Shown: positions 1-9,301, counted from the first letter of the stretch. The stretch: 17,324 bases of DNA from Candidatus Velthaea sp. (GCA_050012475.1 JBEKHC010000105.1:1-17324), one strand, 5' to 3'. The notes: generated by a model not told the origin, from the letters alone. Translations and numbers: made by a program.

Positions 1-880
1 CATACGTTACTTGCTGCTGAAGCAGTTCACAAGCAAACACAGTCGCCTGAGCGGCGACACAAACAACAAAGATCGATGGCCCCATCGCAAAAGATGTGGC
101 GGAGCCGGTGCCGGCACGCAATCGATTTCCCATCGACTGGGCGTCGTTCATCGCCCCAGAATAAGTAACTGCCAAGGTAGAACTCCCAACGTAGGCGACG
201 TGCGGGAGGGTGATCCTCCGACTGATATTGTCATCCCCGATCGTGCTCTGGCATAATACCGCTTGGCCGCCGGCAAGAGAAGCGTCGACCGCCGTTTGCC
301 TCCGGCTCAAGTCGGAGGTCAGCCCCAATGCCAAAAAGGGCTTCGCGAGCCGTGCCGAATGATGGTCCTCCGCTCGAACCGTTCCGCCCGCTGGACGCCG
401 CCGACACCGCTTTGATCGAGCCCGCAGCATACGCGGGTGACGCGACCGGGATCGGCACGTGAATTCCGGCAGACAGAAACGAGCAGCTCAAAGTGAACTG
501 CTGGCGGCGCCGGCTGAGCCGGCCATTCCAATCGCAACGTGCGATTGTTCGTTCCGAGATGTTCAACCGCTCGCTTAAACGCAACGACGGTGGCTGCGAA
601 CTCTGCATGTCCGTCCGGGAAGGCGGCGACGAACCGGTAACACTTCAGGCTGGCCACCAAACCCTGGCAGTCGGCCTCGCCGGCCGTGTTGGAAATAGAG
701 TCCGCCAGTCCGAACCGACACCAAAGTACGATGGACGCCCGTCGAGGCATACCATATCTTTTTCGTACGGAGAGCGTCGCAAATGGCAGGCACAAGCACG
801 CGCAACAGGTTCGGCCCGAACTGCGGTTGCGACGGGCGATCCCAGGGTTCGCGCATACGTGTTTCACGCGGTTCGCGTTT

Positions 881-1140
881 CAGTCGAACGTGGCAGCGTG
901 AGTCGTCAACGTCGCTGACGGTGGCTTTGCGCAAGCTCGCGGCAGTTGTATGGCTCGACATCCCCAGCGGCATGTATTGTTGCGACGGTGAGCGCCGGTA
1001 CCGGCACCCAGCCGAACGGGAGCGTGAATCCTTGGCGTCGCTAAAAGGGGTTTCGCGCAAACTCGCGGCGTTCTATGGCTTGACATCCCCAGCGGCATTT
1101 GCTGTTACGACGCTGAGCGTCGGTACGGGCACTCAGCCGA
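881..1140. repeat. Imperfect tandem repeat, period ~125-128 bp, two clear units and probably a degenerate third from ~775
   Basis: Hand alignment of 910-1015 with 1036-1140 gives ~88/106 identities with one indel, including the shared core GACATCCCCAGCGGCAT. The linker is also repeated: CAGTCGAACGTGGCAGCGTGAGTC (881-904) vs CAGCCGAACGGGAGCGTGAATC (1009-1030). Confidence 0.9.
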
Positions 1141-1182
1141 GCCTTGCCGGGCGGCACTTCACAACGCGGGAGAAGATAATTT

Positions 1183-2157
1183 ATGTCTCACCATTACTCG
1201 GGTCCCGACTTTGCGTTTCCTCATGCGGATGCGCGTCTGAACTTCACCGATCTGTTCGTGTTTCCCAAGCCCGGTGATGGTAGCAAATCGATCCTGATCA
1301 TGGACGTTCACCCGTCCGTCGGCTTGAACCCGCAAGGGCCGACCACTGCGGCGCCGTTCGCGACCAGCGCCTTGTATGAGGTGATGATCGACACGGATGG
1401 TGACGCGGCTGCAAATATCGCATATAGCGTCCGCTTCTCGGCCTCAGCTGGAGGAGAGCAGATTGCAACCGTGCGTCGCATTGACGGCATGCGGTCCGGC
1501 CGCACGGGCGAAGACGGTGTGGTTATTCTCGATGGTGCGCCGGTTTCGACAAGCCGCGAGCCAAGGGTGACGAGCGCCGGCGAGTACCGCTTCTTCGCAG
1601 GGTGGCGCAGCGACCCGTTCTTTTTCGACACGCTGGGCGCTATCAACGACCTGAAGTTCACCGGTCAAGATTTCTTCACCGACAAAAACGTCTGTTCCAT
1701 CGCACTTGAAGTACCCAACGCTAAACTGGGATCGCAGCAGCTTCGGCTCTGGGGCCGAACGCTGGATGGTACGTCCGGAAGTTGGGTTCAGGCGGACCGA
1801 GGCGCCCTGGCCTCGCAGGAGCCTTTCCTTGCCGGGGATGAGAAAAGCGCGTACATCGCAGGAGAGCCGGCAAACGACGCCCGGTTCATCGCCGTCTTCG
1901 CCCATTCTCTGCAGCACGCGGGTGGGTACACGCCGGAGGATGCAACGCGGGCCGCGGCCACCCTGCTTCCGGACGTGTTGCCGTATCAGCCTGGGCGCCA
2001 AGCATCGTACCCGAGCAACGGCCGGGCGCTCACCGACGACGCCTCCGGTTATTTCCTTTCCGTGCTCACGAATGGGAAAGTTACGGGAGATGGGCTGCGG
2101 CCCCATACCGATCTGCTCGCCGATTTCCCGTACGTTGGACCGCCGCACGACGGATGA
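1183..2157 (+). CDS. DUF4331 family protein (324 aa, no signal peptide)
   Basis: N-terminus MSHHYSGPDF...RLNFTDLFVFPKPGD, internal IDTDGD and FFAGWRSDPFFFD, LLPDVLPY, NGRALTDD and C-terminal DFPYVGPPH are typical DUF4331 motifs. GGGAG lies upstream of the ATG. Confidence 0.85.
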   Translation: MSHHYSGPDFAFPHADARLNFTDLFVFPKPGDGSKSILIMDVHPSVGLNPQGPTTAAPFATSALYEVMIDTDGDAAANIAYSVRFSASAGGEQIATVRRIDGMRSGRTGEDGVVILDGAPVSTSREPRVTSAGEYRFFAGWRSDPFFFDTLGAINDLKFTGQDFFTDKNVCSIALEVPNAKLGSQQLRLWGRTLDGTSGSWVQADRGALASQEPFLAGDEKSAYIAGEPANDARFIAVFAHSLQHAGGYTPEDATRAAATLLPDVLPYQPGRQASYPSNGRALTDDASGYFLSVLTNGKVTGDGLRPHTDLLADFPYVGPPHDG

Positions 2158-2266
2158 CGCGAAAACGCGAGCACGGCCGTCAGTCAGATCCTACAACGTT
2201 AATGGCGGCAAGAGCGCCGGCCAATAAACACGTTGCGCAGCCACTGCGCATAAAGGAGGCAAACGT

Positions 2267-3121
2267 ATGGCAACGATTACCGTCGGTCAAGAAAACGGCA
2301 CCGACATCGACATCTATTACGAAGACCATGGGAGTGGCCAGCCGGTCGTTCTCATTCACGGCTATCCGCTCAGCGGCCACTCGTGGGAGAAACAAGCACG
2401 CGTTCTCCTCGAGGCTGGTTACCGGGTCATTACCTACGATCGACGGGGCTTTGGAGCGTCGAGCCAGCCGACTATCGGTTACGATTACGATACGTTCGCA
2501 GCGGACCTCAAAAAGCTGCTCGAGCATCTCGACTTGGCCGATGTTGTGCTCGCTGGGTTCTCGATGGGCACCGGAGAGGTAACCCGGTACATCGGCAGTT
2601 ACGGATCGGGCCGGCTCGCCAAAGCAGTCCTGATGGGTGCTATTCCCCCGTTCCTGCTGAAGACCAACGAGAACCCCAAAGGTCTTGACAGATCGGTGTT
2701 CGATCAGAGCAAGGCGGCCGTTATCGCCGATCGTCCGGCCTCTCTCAAGACTTTCCTGGACAACCTCTACAACACCGATACCTATGCCGGGACCCGTATC
2801 AGCGATCAGGCTTGGCAGAGCAGTTTCATCTCCGCGGTGGGTGCGTCCGCCTACGCGACTTGGGCCTGCATCGACACCTGGCTGACCGACTTCCGCGCCG
2901 ACTTGCCGAAGTTCGATATCCCCACGCTGCTCATCCACGGCAACGCGGACCGCATCTTACCCTATGAGGCTACCGCGGCGCGTCTGCCGGGCTTGATCAA
3001 GGATCTCCAGTTCGTTACCATCGAGGGCGGCCCGCACAATATCACGTGGACCCACGCCGACGAAGTCAATAAAGCGCTGCTCGCATTCCTGGAGGCTCCC
3101 GTTCTCTCTTTGCGCCGCTGA
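2267..3121 (+). CDS. Alpha/beta hydrolase of the non-heme chloro/bromoperoxidase (perhydrolase/arylesterase) type
   Basis: YYEDHGSGQPVVLIHGYP, YDRRGFG, nucleophile elbow GFSMG, HGNADRILP (catalytic Asp) and GGPH (catalytic His). Strong RBS AAAGGAGG upstream. Confidence 0.93.
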   Translation: MATITVGQENGTDIDIYYEDHGSGQPVVLIHGYPLSGHSWEKQARVLLEAGYRVITYDRRGFGASSQPTIGYDYDTFAADLKKLLEHLDLADVVLAGFSMGTGEVTRYIGSYGSGRLAKAVLMGAIPPFLLKTNENPKGLDRSVFDQSKAAVIADRPASLKTFLDNLYNTDTYAGTRISDQAWQSSFISAVGASAYATWACIDTWLTDFRADLPKFDIPTLLIHGNADRILPYEATAARLPGLIKDLQFVTIEGGPHNITWTHADEVNKALLAFLEAPVLSLRR

Positions 3122-3301
3122 ATCTGATGCGGGCCGTAGCGCAAAACGCCGCCGCCACACCGGATCGAAGACAAGGTGCGTACGGGCCTCGACGTCTGAA
3201 GCGCGATTGCGAGATGGAGCAGTAAGGGCGCCGCGGCCCAAATCGTCGTCAGCAGCACGGCATCCAGCCGCCCATCTGACGACAGAATCAAAGGAGCGAC
3301 T

Positions 3302-3676
3302 ATGTCAAACCACTTTCGTGCAGCCACCGCCGTTCAAAACGAGATCGACCCGTCGCGTGCACCGTCGGGAACGGGATGCCTGGAGTGTCTTCGGTCCGAC
3401 GGGTGGTGGTTTCATCTCCGTCGCTGTGCAAAGTGCGGCCACGTCGGTTGCTGTGACAGTTCTCCGAGCCAGCATGCGCGCAAGCACTTTGCAGCGAGCG
3501 GCCATCGTGTGATCGCGAGCTTCGAGCCCGGCGAAGACTGGTTTTACGACTATACCGATGACAGCTTCATCGACGGCCCACAACTTGCGAAACCACGATG
3601 GCACCCCGCGGATCAGCCGGCGCCGGCGCCGCCAGGACGAGTTCCGCCCGATTGGCAATCACGACTGAATCCCTAA
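3302..3676 (+). CDS. Bacterial UBP-type zinc finger domain protein
   Basis: GCLEC...WFHLRRCAKCGHVGCCDSSPSQHARKH...SFEPGEDWFYDY matches the bacterial zf-UBP pattern. RBS AAGGAG. Confidence 0.92.
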   Translation: MSNHFRAATAVQNEIDPSRAPSGTGCLECLRSDGWWFHLRRCAKCGHVGCCDSSPSQHARKHFAASGHRVIASFEPGEDWFYDYTDDSFIDGPQLAKPRWHPADQPAPAPPGRVPPDWQSRLNP

Positions 3677-3732
3677 CGCTCGGAGCCGACGAGAACATCG
3701 CGGACAGAGCCGGCTTAAAGAAGGAGCCCATC

Positions 3733-3978
3733 TTGCAACGTGAAGACGCGTTGAGCTTTGTTAACGACATACGTCCGATGTTCACCGATATGGATGTCGA
3801 TCACATGAAAAAGGCGATGAATCTCGCCGAGCGCGATAGCGTGTTCCAACATGCTGAGGCGATCTACGCTGCTGTGTCTTCGGGATCGATGCCGCCGCCC
3901 TCGAGCGGCGAAGCACGTTGGACGAGCGACATGTGCGCGCGCTTTAAAGCTTGGTGGGATCATGGCGGCCCGGGATAG
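3733..3978 (+). CDS. Small conserved hypothetical protein (~81 aa, TTG start) with SF..DIRP.F / G.MPP / W...F..W...G pattern
   Basis: AAGGAG (3721-3726) precedes an in-frame TTG at 3733 within ORF 3598..3978. The product LSFVNDIRPMFTDMDVDHMK...GSMPPP...WTSDMCARFKAWWDHGG is protein-like, whereas the upstream extension overlaps the previous gene. Confidence 0.75.
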   Translation: MQREDALSFVNDIRPMFTDMDVDHMKKAMNLAERDSVFQHAEAIYAAVSSGSMPPPSSGEARWTSDMCARFKAWWDHGGPG

Positions 3979-3984
3979 CAGGGC

Positions 3985-4659
3985 TTACCAGATGCCGGGA
4001 AGCAGACGGTAGCGCACGCGCTTGGCGTATGCGGCGTATCCGTCCAACTCGCGCGTGAGCATCCGTTCCTCCCCGATTGCTCGGATCGCGATGATGAGCG
4101 TCAGCAGCACGGCGAACGCGACACCCGCCCACGATCCCAGCAGCAGCGCGGTGGAGAAAAAGAAGACCAAGCCCCCGGCGTACATGGGGTGACGCACCAG
4201 CGCGTACGGACCGGTCGAGATCACGCGCTGGCTGCGCTCGGTTTGCAGCCTGACGACCCCGACCGAGAACGCGTTTTCATGCATGGCGCGCCCGACGACG
4301 GCCATGCCGGCGACGAACCCAATCGCCCCGACCACGTTGAGCCACGCCGGCACGTGCGACCAATGGAAGCGCACGGCATCGAACGCCATCAACGGGTACC
4401 AAGCGATGAACAGCGCCAGCAAACACAATAAGAGCACGCGATCCCACAGCGGTTGCCCGGCTTGAATAGGCGAACGCATGCGCTCGTTGAGCAGCTCCGG
4501 ACTTGTGCGCGCCAGATCGCGGCACACCACGACGCTCGACGCCAGAAAAAGCGCGAGCATCGTCCACCCCTGCGCCCAATCGACGGTTCCGGCAGGCCAG
4601 AAAAGCAACGCTGCGAAGACCGCCGTTTCGGCGACCAGCGCGATCCAGATTCGCGTCAC
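3985..4659 (-). CDS. Isoprenylcysteine carboxyl methyltransferase / phospholipid methyltransferase family membrane protein
   Basis: Multiple hydrophobic helices, with VISTGPYALVRHPMYAG, EERML and YAAYAKRVRYRLLPGIW signatures. Confidence 0.92.
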   Translation of the reverse strand: MTRIWIALVAETAVFAALLFWPAGTVDWAQGWTMLALFLASSVVVCRDLARTSPELLNERMRSPIQAGQPLWDRVLLLCLLALFIAWYPLMAFDAVRFHWSHVPAWLNVVGAIGFVAGMAVVGRAMHENAFSVGVVRLQTERSQRVISTGPYALVRHPMYAGGLVFFFSTALLLGSWAGVAFAVLLTLIIAIRAIGEERMLTRELDGYAAYAKRVRYRLLPGIW

Positions 4660-5401
4660 CGGCTTTTCCAGCGCGGCACGGCTACGGCGTCGGCCCGCGG
4701 CGTATCGGCGCGGGAGGGGTTAGACCCGCGCGTCGTGTCGCAGCCGGAAGGACGCGCACGCTCTTGCTGCCCGGAGCGGGGCACGCGGCAAGGCCTGCTC
4801 TCACCGCGAGGCATCCCCGCGATCGATGACGGCCTGCACCGCGGTATCTGGGCAATCACGATGGTCGTGGGGCAGACGCGGGATTTCTGGAAGCTGTTTA
4901 TTGGCATGGCTGGTTTCCGGATATCGGGATCTCCAAGCGGACGCAGGTGAATCGACCGGAACCTTGCGGAGATCGTCCTTTCGCGCTTCGCCGATTCGCC
5001 TCCAATACGATCCATGAGCTTCGGTCGCCATGAGATTTCTTACACGGTGCGCACATCGGCAGACCAACGCACCAGGCGCCAGGTCAGCAACAGCCGAATC
5101 GGCTGCGCCGCTACCGGACATTTGGCGAGGCACGCACGGATCTATGATGAACGGCTTTGGAGCAAGATGATAACGCTTTGTGCTTTCTTGATCCCTTTCA
5201 ACCACGTTTGAAAAGCCGCGAACCGGTAAACACGTAGCGAGAGAAGCTGACTTATCGGCATTCTGTGAATTGAAGCTCACGTCGCTGATGTGCTTCACGG
5301 CCGACCAGTGCGTTTTTCCCATTGTGCGGTATTTTCTATTAACCACTGTTTCGGTTAGCGCTCTGCTGCTGTCAGCACTATTATCCGTCACTTGAGCGAG
5401 G

Positions 5402-7603
5402 ATGACCATGGCGAAAACCCCAACCAAACGGAAAGCATCGAAAGCCCATTCGGCCAAAGCACCCGCTGCGAATTTGGCCGAACCGGTTTCTGTCAAGGCC
5501 GTAGCGCTCGCTCCCTTTCGTGCGTTGCCCGACGACAAGACACTGACCACCAACCAGGGCGTGCCAATCGCCGATGATGAGAATTCGCTTCGCGCCGGCG
5601 AGCGCGGACCAACGCTTCTTGAAGACTTCATTCTGCGCGAAAAGATTACGCATTTCGACCATGAGCGCATCCCCGAGCGAGTCGTTCATGCGCGCGGCGC
5701 CGCGGCGCACGGTTACTTTCAAGTGTATGAATCGATGGCCGACATCACGCGGGCGTCGTTTTTGACGGATCCGAGCCTACAGACCCCCGTGTTCGTACGC
5801 TTCTCGACCGTCGGCGGATCGCGCGGTTCGGCCGATACGCCGCGCGACGTGCGCGGATTCGCCGTCAAGTTTTACACGCAGGACGGCAACTACGATCTGG
5901 TTGGCAACAACATGCCGGTCTTCTTCATTCAGGACGCGATCAAGTTTCCGGATTTTGTCCATGCCGTCAAGCCCGAACCGCATAACGAAATTCCACAGGC
6001 ATCGTCCGCTCACGACACGCTGTGGGACTTCGTGTCCCTCACGCTCGAGTCGAGCCACATGATGATGTGGCTGATGTCCGACCGCGCGCTGCCGCGCTCC
6101 TATGCAACGATGGAAGGTTTCGGCGTCCATACCTTTCGGCTCATCAATGCCGCCAACGAAGCGCGGTATGTCAAATTCCACTGGAAGCCGGTTCTCGGCG
6201 CTCACTCGCTGGATTGGGACGAAGCGCAGAAGCTGGCCGGCAAAGATCCGGATTTCAATCGGCGCGATTTGTACGAACGAATCGAGAACGGGCAGTTCCC
6301 CGAATGGGAGCTCGGCCTTCAGATTTTCGGCGACGCCGAAGCCGACTCGTTCGATTTCGATATCTTGGATGCGACCAAGCTCATTCCCGAAGAGCTAATC
6401 CCGGTCGTACGCATCGGCAAGATGGTGCTCAACCGAAATCCGGACAGCTATTTCGCCGAGACCGAACAGGTCGCGTTCTGTACCAGCCACCTCGTACCCG
6501 GTATCGGATTCACGAACGATCCGCTGTTGCAGGGTCGCAACTTCTCCTACCTCGACACGCAGCTATCGCGCCTAGGTGGACCGAACTTTCACGAAATCCC
6601 GATCAATCGACCGGTGTGCCCCTTCAGCAATGGTCAGCGGGACGGTATGCACCGCATGACCATCGACGCCGGCGAGACGTCGTACTCGCCCAATTCGCTC
6701 GATGGCAACTTCCCGCTCGCCAAGACCGTCGAATCCGGCGGCTTCGCGACGTATCCGGCTCGCGTCGACGGCGTGATGCGTCGCGTGCGTTCGGCTTCGT
6801 TTGACGACCATTTCTCGCAGGCGACGATGTTCTGGAACAGCATGTCGGCGCCGGAAAAAGAGCACATTGCCGGTGCGTTCTCGTTCGAGTTGGCGAAAGT
6901 AAACCGCGTGGAGATCCGCCGGCGCGTTGTCGAAAAGATGCTCGCGAACATCGACCTCGATCTGGCGGCGGCCGTTGCCGAAAATGTCGGGTTACCGGCA
7001 CCCGTTGCGCCGAGCGCGAACGGAAAAGCATCGGTTCGGCCGGACGGCGCCACGAAGGCAAAGGCCACTGGCAGTGCTGCGTCCTCCCCGCTGCTCAGCC
7101 AGCTCCACCCCAAAACGGGCGTGATTGGCAACATCACGGGACGTAAGGTCGCCATTCTCGTTGCGCCGGGCGCTTCCGGTGCTGACGTCCAAACCATCAA
7201 GACTACGCTTGCCGAGGCAGGCGCAAAAGGGCTCGTAGTCGGATCGTCGCTGGCCGCCGTCGATGGCGCACAGGGGCCGATTACGATCGATCACACGATC
7301 CTAACGATGCCGTCGGTTACGTTCGACGCGGTCTATATCCCGTCAGGCATGGCTGCCGCCGCGGCGCAGCCCGGTGCCGGCGAAATGCGCAACTTCGTGG
7401 GCGAGGCATACAAGCACGCCAAGGCGTTGGCGGCCAGTGGAGATTCGGCCGGCATCTTTGCCAAGCTCGGCATTGAAACGGGCGAAGACCCCGCCAACGG
7501 CGTTCTGAGCGGCGATGCCGCCGAAATCAGCGACGCATTCATCGCTGCAATCGGCAACCATCGGGCCTGGGAACGCGCGGGACGGCTCTCCGTCCCGGCC
7601 TAG
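5402..7603 (+). CDS. katE: Large-subunit (clade 2) monofunctional heme catalase HPII with C-terminal glutamine-amidotransferase/DJ-1-like domain
   Basis: Distal motif [48 protein letters not shown], proximal heme ligand motif [12 protein letters not shown], and C-terminal RKVAILV...FDAVYIP...EAYKHAK domain. The start may be 5402 or 5408. Confidence 0.97.
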   Translation: MTMAKTPTKRKASKAHSAKAPAANLAEPVSVKAVALAPFRALPDDKTLTTNQGVPIADDENSLRAGERGPTLLEDFILREKITHFDHERIPERVVHARGAAAHGYFQVYESMADITRASFLTDPSLQTPVFVRFSTVGGSRGSADTPRDVRGFAVKFYTQDGNYDLVGNNMPVFFIQDAIKFPDFVHAVKPEPHNEIPQASSAHDTLWDFVSLTLESSHMMMWLMSDRALPRSYATMEGFGVHTFRLINAANEARYVKFHWKPVLGAHSLDWDEAQKLAGKDPDFNRRDLYERIENGQFPEWELGLQIFGDAEADSFDFDILDATKLIPEELIPVVRIGKMVLNRNPDSYFAETEQVAFCTSHLVPGIGFTNDPLLQGRNFSYLDTQLSRLGGPNFHEIPINRPVCPFSNGQRDGMHRMTIDAGETSYSPNSLDGNFPLAKTVESGGFATYPARVDGVMRRVRSASFDDHFSQATMFWNSMSAPEKEHIAGAFSFELAKVNRVEIRRRVVEKMLANIDLDLAAAVAENVGLPAPVAPSANGKASVRPDGATKAKATGSAASSPLLSQLHPKTGVIGNITGRKVAILVAPGASGADVQTIKTTLAEAGAKGLVVGSSLAAVDGAQGPITIDHTILTMPSVTFDAVYIPSGMAAAAAQPGAGEMRNFVGEAYKHAKALAASGDSAGIFAKLGIETGEDPANGVLSGDAAEISDAFIAAIGNHRAWERAGRLSVPA

Positions 7604-7956
7604 CCTGGGCAAAGCTGGTGCGAACAATCAAGCCGGCAACAGCACGACTTTGATGCACTCGTCCGGCTTGTCGCGACAACGCTTGTGCCGCTGGGGGCGT
7701 CATCCAGCTTCAATCGGTGAGTGATCACGTGGCTTGCGGTCGATGTCACCCGTACGGATGCGTTCGAGCAAAAGGGCACAACTGCTCGAAGTCACGTTCG
7801 GTTGCGCTCAGCCGAAGTCGTCGCGCGCGCGTTCATGCTACGTGTTCAAGTAGGCAGGACAACCCCGTTGGAGGCGTGCAGTCCCGGGTCGCGCTCGCAG
7901 CCGACCGGCCCCTGCCATTCCAGGCTGACAGGACGCAGGAATGGCGCGCAGGGACG

Positions 7957-8670
7957 TCAGCAAACACTCGCTTCGCGCATGGTCACGAGCTGTTGCAAGC
8001 GCGCACCCTGCGCGAGTTTCGCCTGATAACGCACGGTATAAACCGTGATGACGAGAGAGCCGACAACCGTGGGCCACAGCCAACGCAGCCACACCGGATG
8101 AATGAAGTGAAAATTCACCGCTGAAAAGGCCGAAACGGTCGCGATGTATGCGGCGAGCATGCTGCCGAAATGCGTGAAGAGCCATGCCGCGCGCGACTTC
8201 GGTGGCCGGAAAAACTGGTAGATCGAGCGCGAACCGGCGGCGATGCAAATCGTGCCCAGGACACATAATACGGCCGAAAACGAGCCCAGGTGCCCGCGTT
8301 GCCCGATGCCGATCACGACCATGCCGACGCCCGCGCCCAGGGCAATGATCGCTGCCGCCCAGTCGGGCAATTGCGCGGGTTGCCGCGCGGGATCCTTGCG
8401 CGCGAGCACGCGCCAACCCGAGAACGTCAAATAAGAACTGAAGACCGCGATCAACAGTAAGAAGTAGTCCTCGAAAAAGGGGCCGACGACCACTGCCGTC
8501 GCACCGACGACGAACATGGCGTAGACATACACAAGTCCCAGCCGCCGGTGGATTCGACCGCCCTTGTGAACCGACATGACGATGGGGACGACGACCAGCG
8601 CCAGCGTCCCGGCGGCGATGTGCAACCCCAGCAAGACGCGGATGAACGCGGGCGCCTCAGGATGCAGCAT
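7957..8670 (-). CDS. DUF2306-like integral membrane protein
   Basis: LHIAAGTLAL...KGGRIHRRLGLVYVYAM, W..H...M..AYIATVSAF and WLWPT motifs, with about 6-7 predicted TM helices. Confidence 0.82.
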   Translation of the reverse strand: MLHPEAPAFIRVLLGLHIAAGTLALVVVPIVMSVHKGGRIHRRLGLVYVYAMFVVGATAVVVGPFFEDYFLLLIAVFSSYLTFSGWRVLARKDPARQPAQLPDWAAAIIALGAGVGMVVIGIGQRGHLGSFSAVLCVLGTICIAAGSRSIYQFFRPPKSRAAWLFTHFGSMLAAYIATVSAFSAVNFHFIHPVWLRWLWPTVVGSLVITVYTVRYQAKLAQGARLQQLVTMREASVC

Positions 8671-8693
8671 CGCAGGATGTTTTCGGGCGGATG

Positions 8694-8741
8694 GTCATAT
8701 ATAACCTCGAAGTACTTAGATATGACACTTTGGAGTATACT
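8694..8741. promoter_or_regulatory. Divergent promoter region with inverted repeat (candidate PadR operator) and -10-like TATACT
   Basis: GTCATATATAA (8694-8704) and TTAGATATGAC (8716-8726) form a 10/11 inverted repeat in the AT-rich 79-bp gap between divergent genes. TATACT at 8736-8741 lies 8 nt before the padR ATG. Confidence 0.55.
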
Positions 8742-8749
8742 GCACGATA

Positions 8750-9301
8750 ATGGCAGCGACGCGAAAAGTCAAGCCGTCCGCCGCACCGGCATTACTCAAT
8801 GCCACGGCGGCGTCGCTGCTGGGCTTCCTGGCGATGGGCTCACAGTCAGGCTACGAACTGGCAGCGGTAATCGAAACGTCGGTCGGCAACTTCTGGAACA
8901 TCACACGCAGCCAAGTGTATCGCGAGCTCGCGCAACTCGAGGCGAGTGGTTACGTGCGAGTTGGGAAATCCGGCGTTCGCGAACGTAAGCCGTACACGTT
9001 GACTGCGCTTGGACGCGACGCGTTCGACGCGTGGATCGCCCGCGAACCCGGCGAAGACATCACGCGGTCGCCGCTGCTGCTCGCGCTGTTTTTCGGCGAT
9101 CGGATCGAAAAAGCGACGCTCGCACGGTTCTTGCGCGATCATCGCGTGCGGCACGAGCGAAAGCTCGCGGAATACCGCCGCCGTTTGCCCGAGCTCGAAC
9201 GGGACTACCGTTTCCCGGCCTACGCGATGCGCTTGGGTCTCATGCACGAAGAGACCATCTTGGCGTGGTTTGACTCGTTGGCTGCAGAAGGACTGCTTTA
9301 G
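8750..9301 (+). CDS. PadR family transcriptional regulator (subfamily 1, long C-terminal dimerisation domain)
   Basis: LLGFL...SGYEL...FWNITRSQVYRELAQLEASGYV...RKPYTLTALGRDAFDAW winged-helix signature, followed by a helical C-terminus ending in GL..E...W. Confidence 0.93.
   Translation: MAATRKVKPSAAPALLNATAASLLGFLAMGSQSGYELAAVIETSVGNFWNITRSQVYRELAQLEASGYVRVGKSGVRERKPYTLTALGRDAFDAWIAREPGEDITRSPLLLALFFGDRIEKATLARFLRDHRVRHERKLAEYRRRLPELERDYRFPAYAMRLGLMHEETILAWFDSLAAEGLL

Noticed and set aside
910..945. Minus-strand GCGCAAAGCCACCG resembling the c-di-GMP-I riboswitch GACGCAAAGCC motif
   Set aside because: The upstream GGCAAAC / GNRA-tetraloop stem is absent, and the motif is not kept in the second unit.
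950..1135. Repeat as a peptide-coding repeat (minus strand VPVPALTVATIHAAGDVEP vs VPVPTLSVVTANAAGDVKP)
   Set aside because: The period is not a constant multiple of 3, the second copy is flanked by stops, and most changes are non-synonymous. A decayed gene cannot be fully excluded.
881..1140. Repeats as a CRISPR array
   Set aside because: The units are >100 bp, diverged and contiguous, with no unique spacers and no cas genes in the window.
3598..3732. Long N-terminal extension of ORF 3598..3978
   Set aside because: It overlaps the zinc-finger gene, and a clear RBS points to TTG 3733.
4660..5401. ORFs 4656..5015, 4801..5670, 4826..5017 and 5014..5211 between the methyltransferase and katE
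   Set aside because: They have no recognisable motifs or RBS, and part is the antisense shadow of katE. Treated as intergenic or decayed sequence.
7763..7790. Inverted repeat TTCGAGCA/TGCTCGAA between convergent katE and DUF2306 genes
   Set aside because: An 8-bp stem with a 12-nt loop and no U-tract is insufficient to call a terminator.
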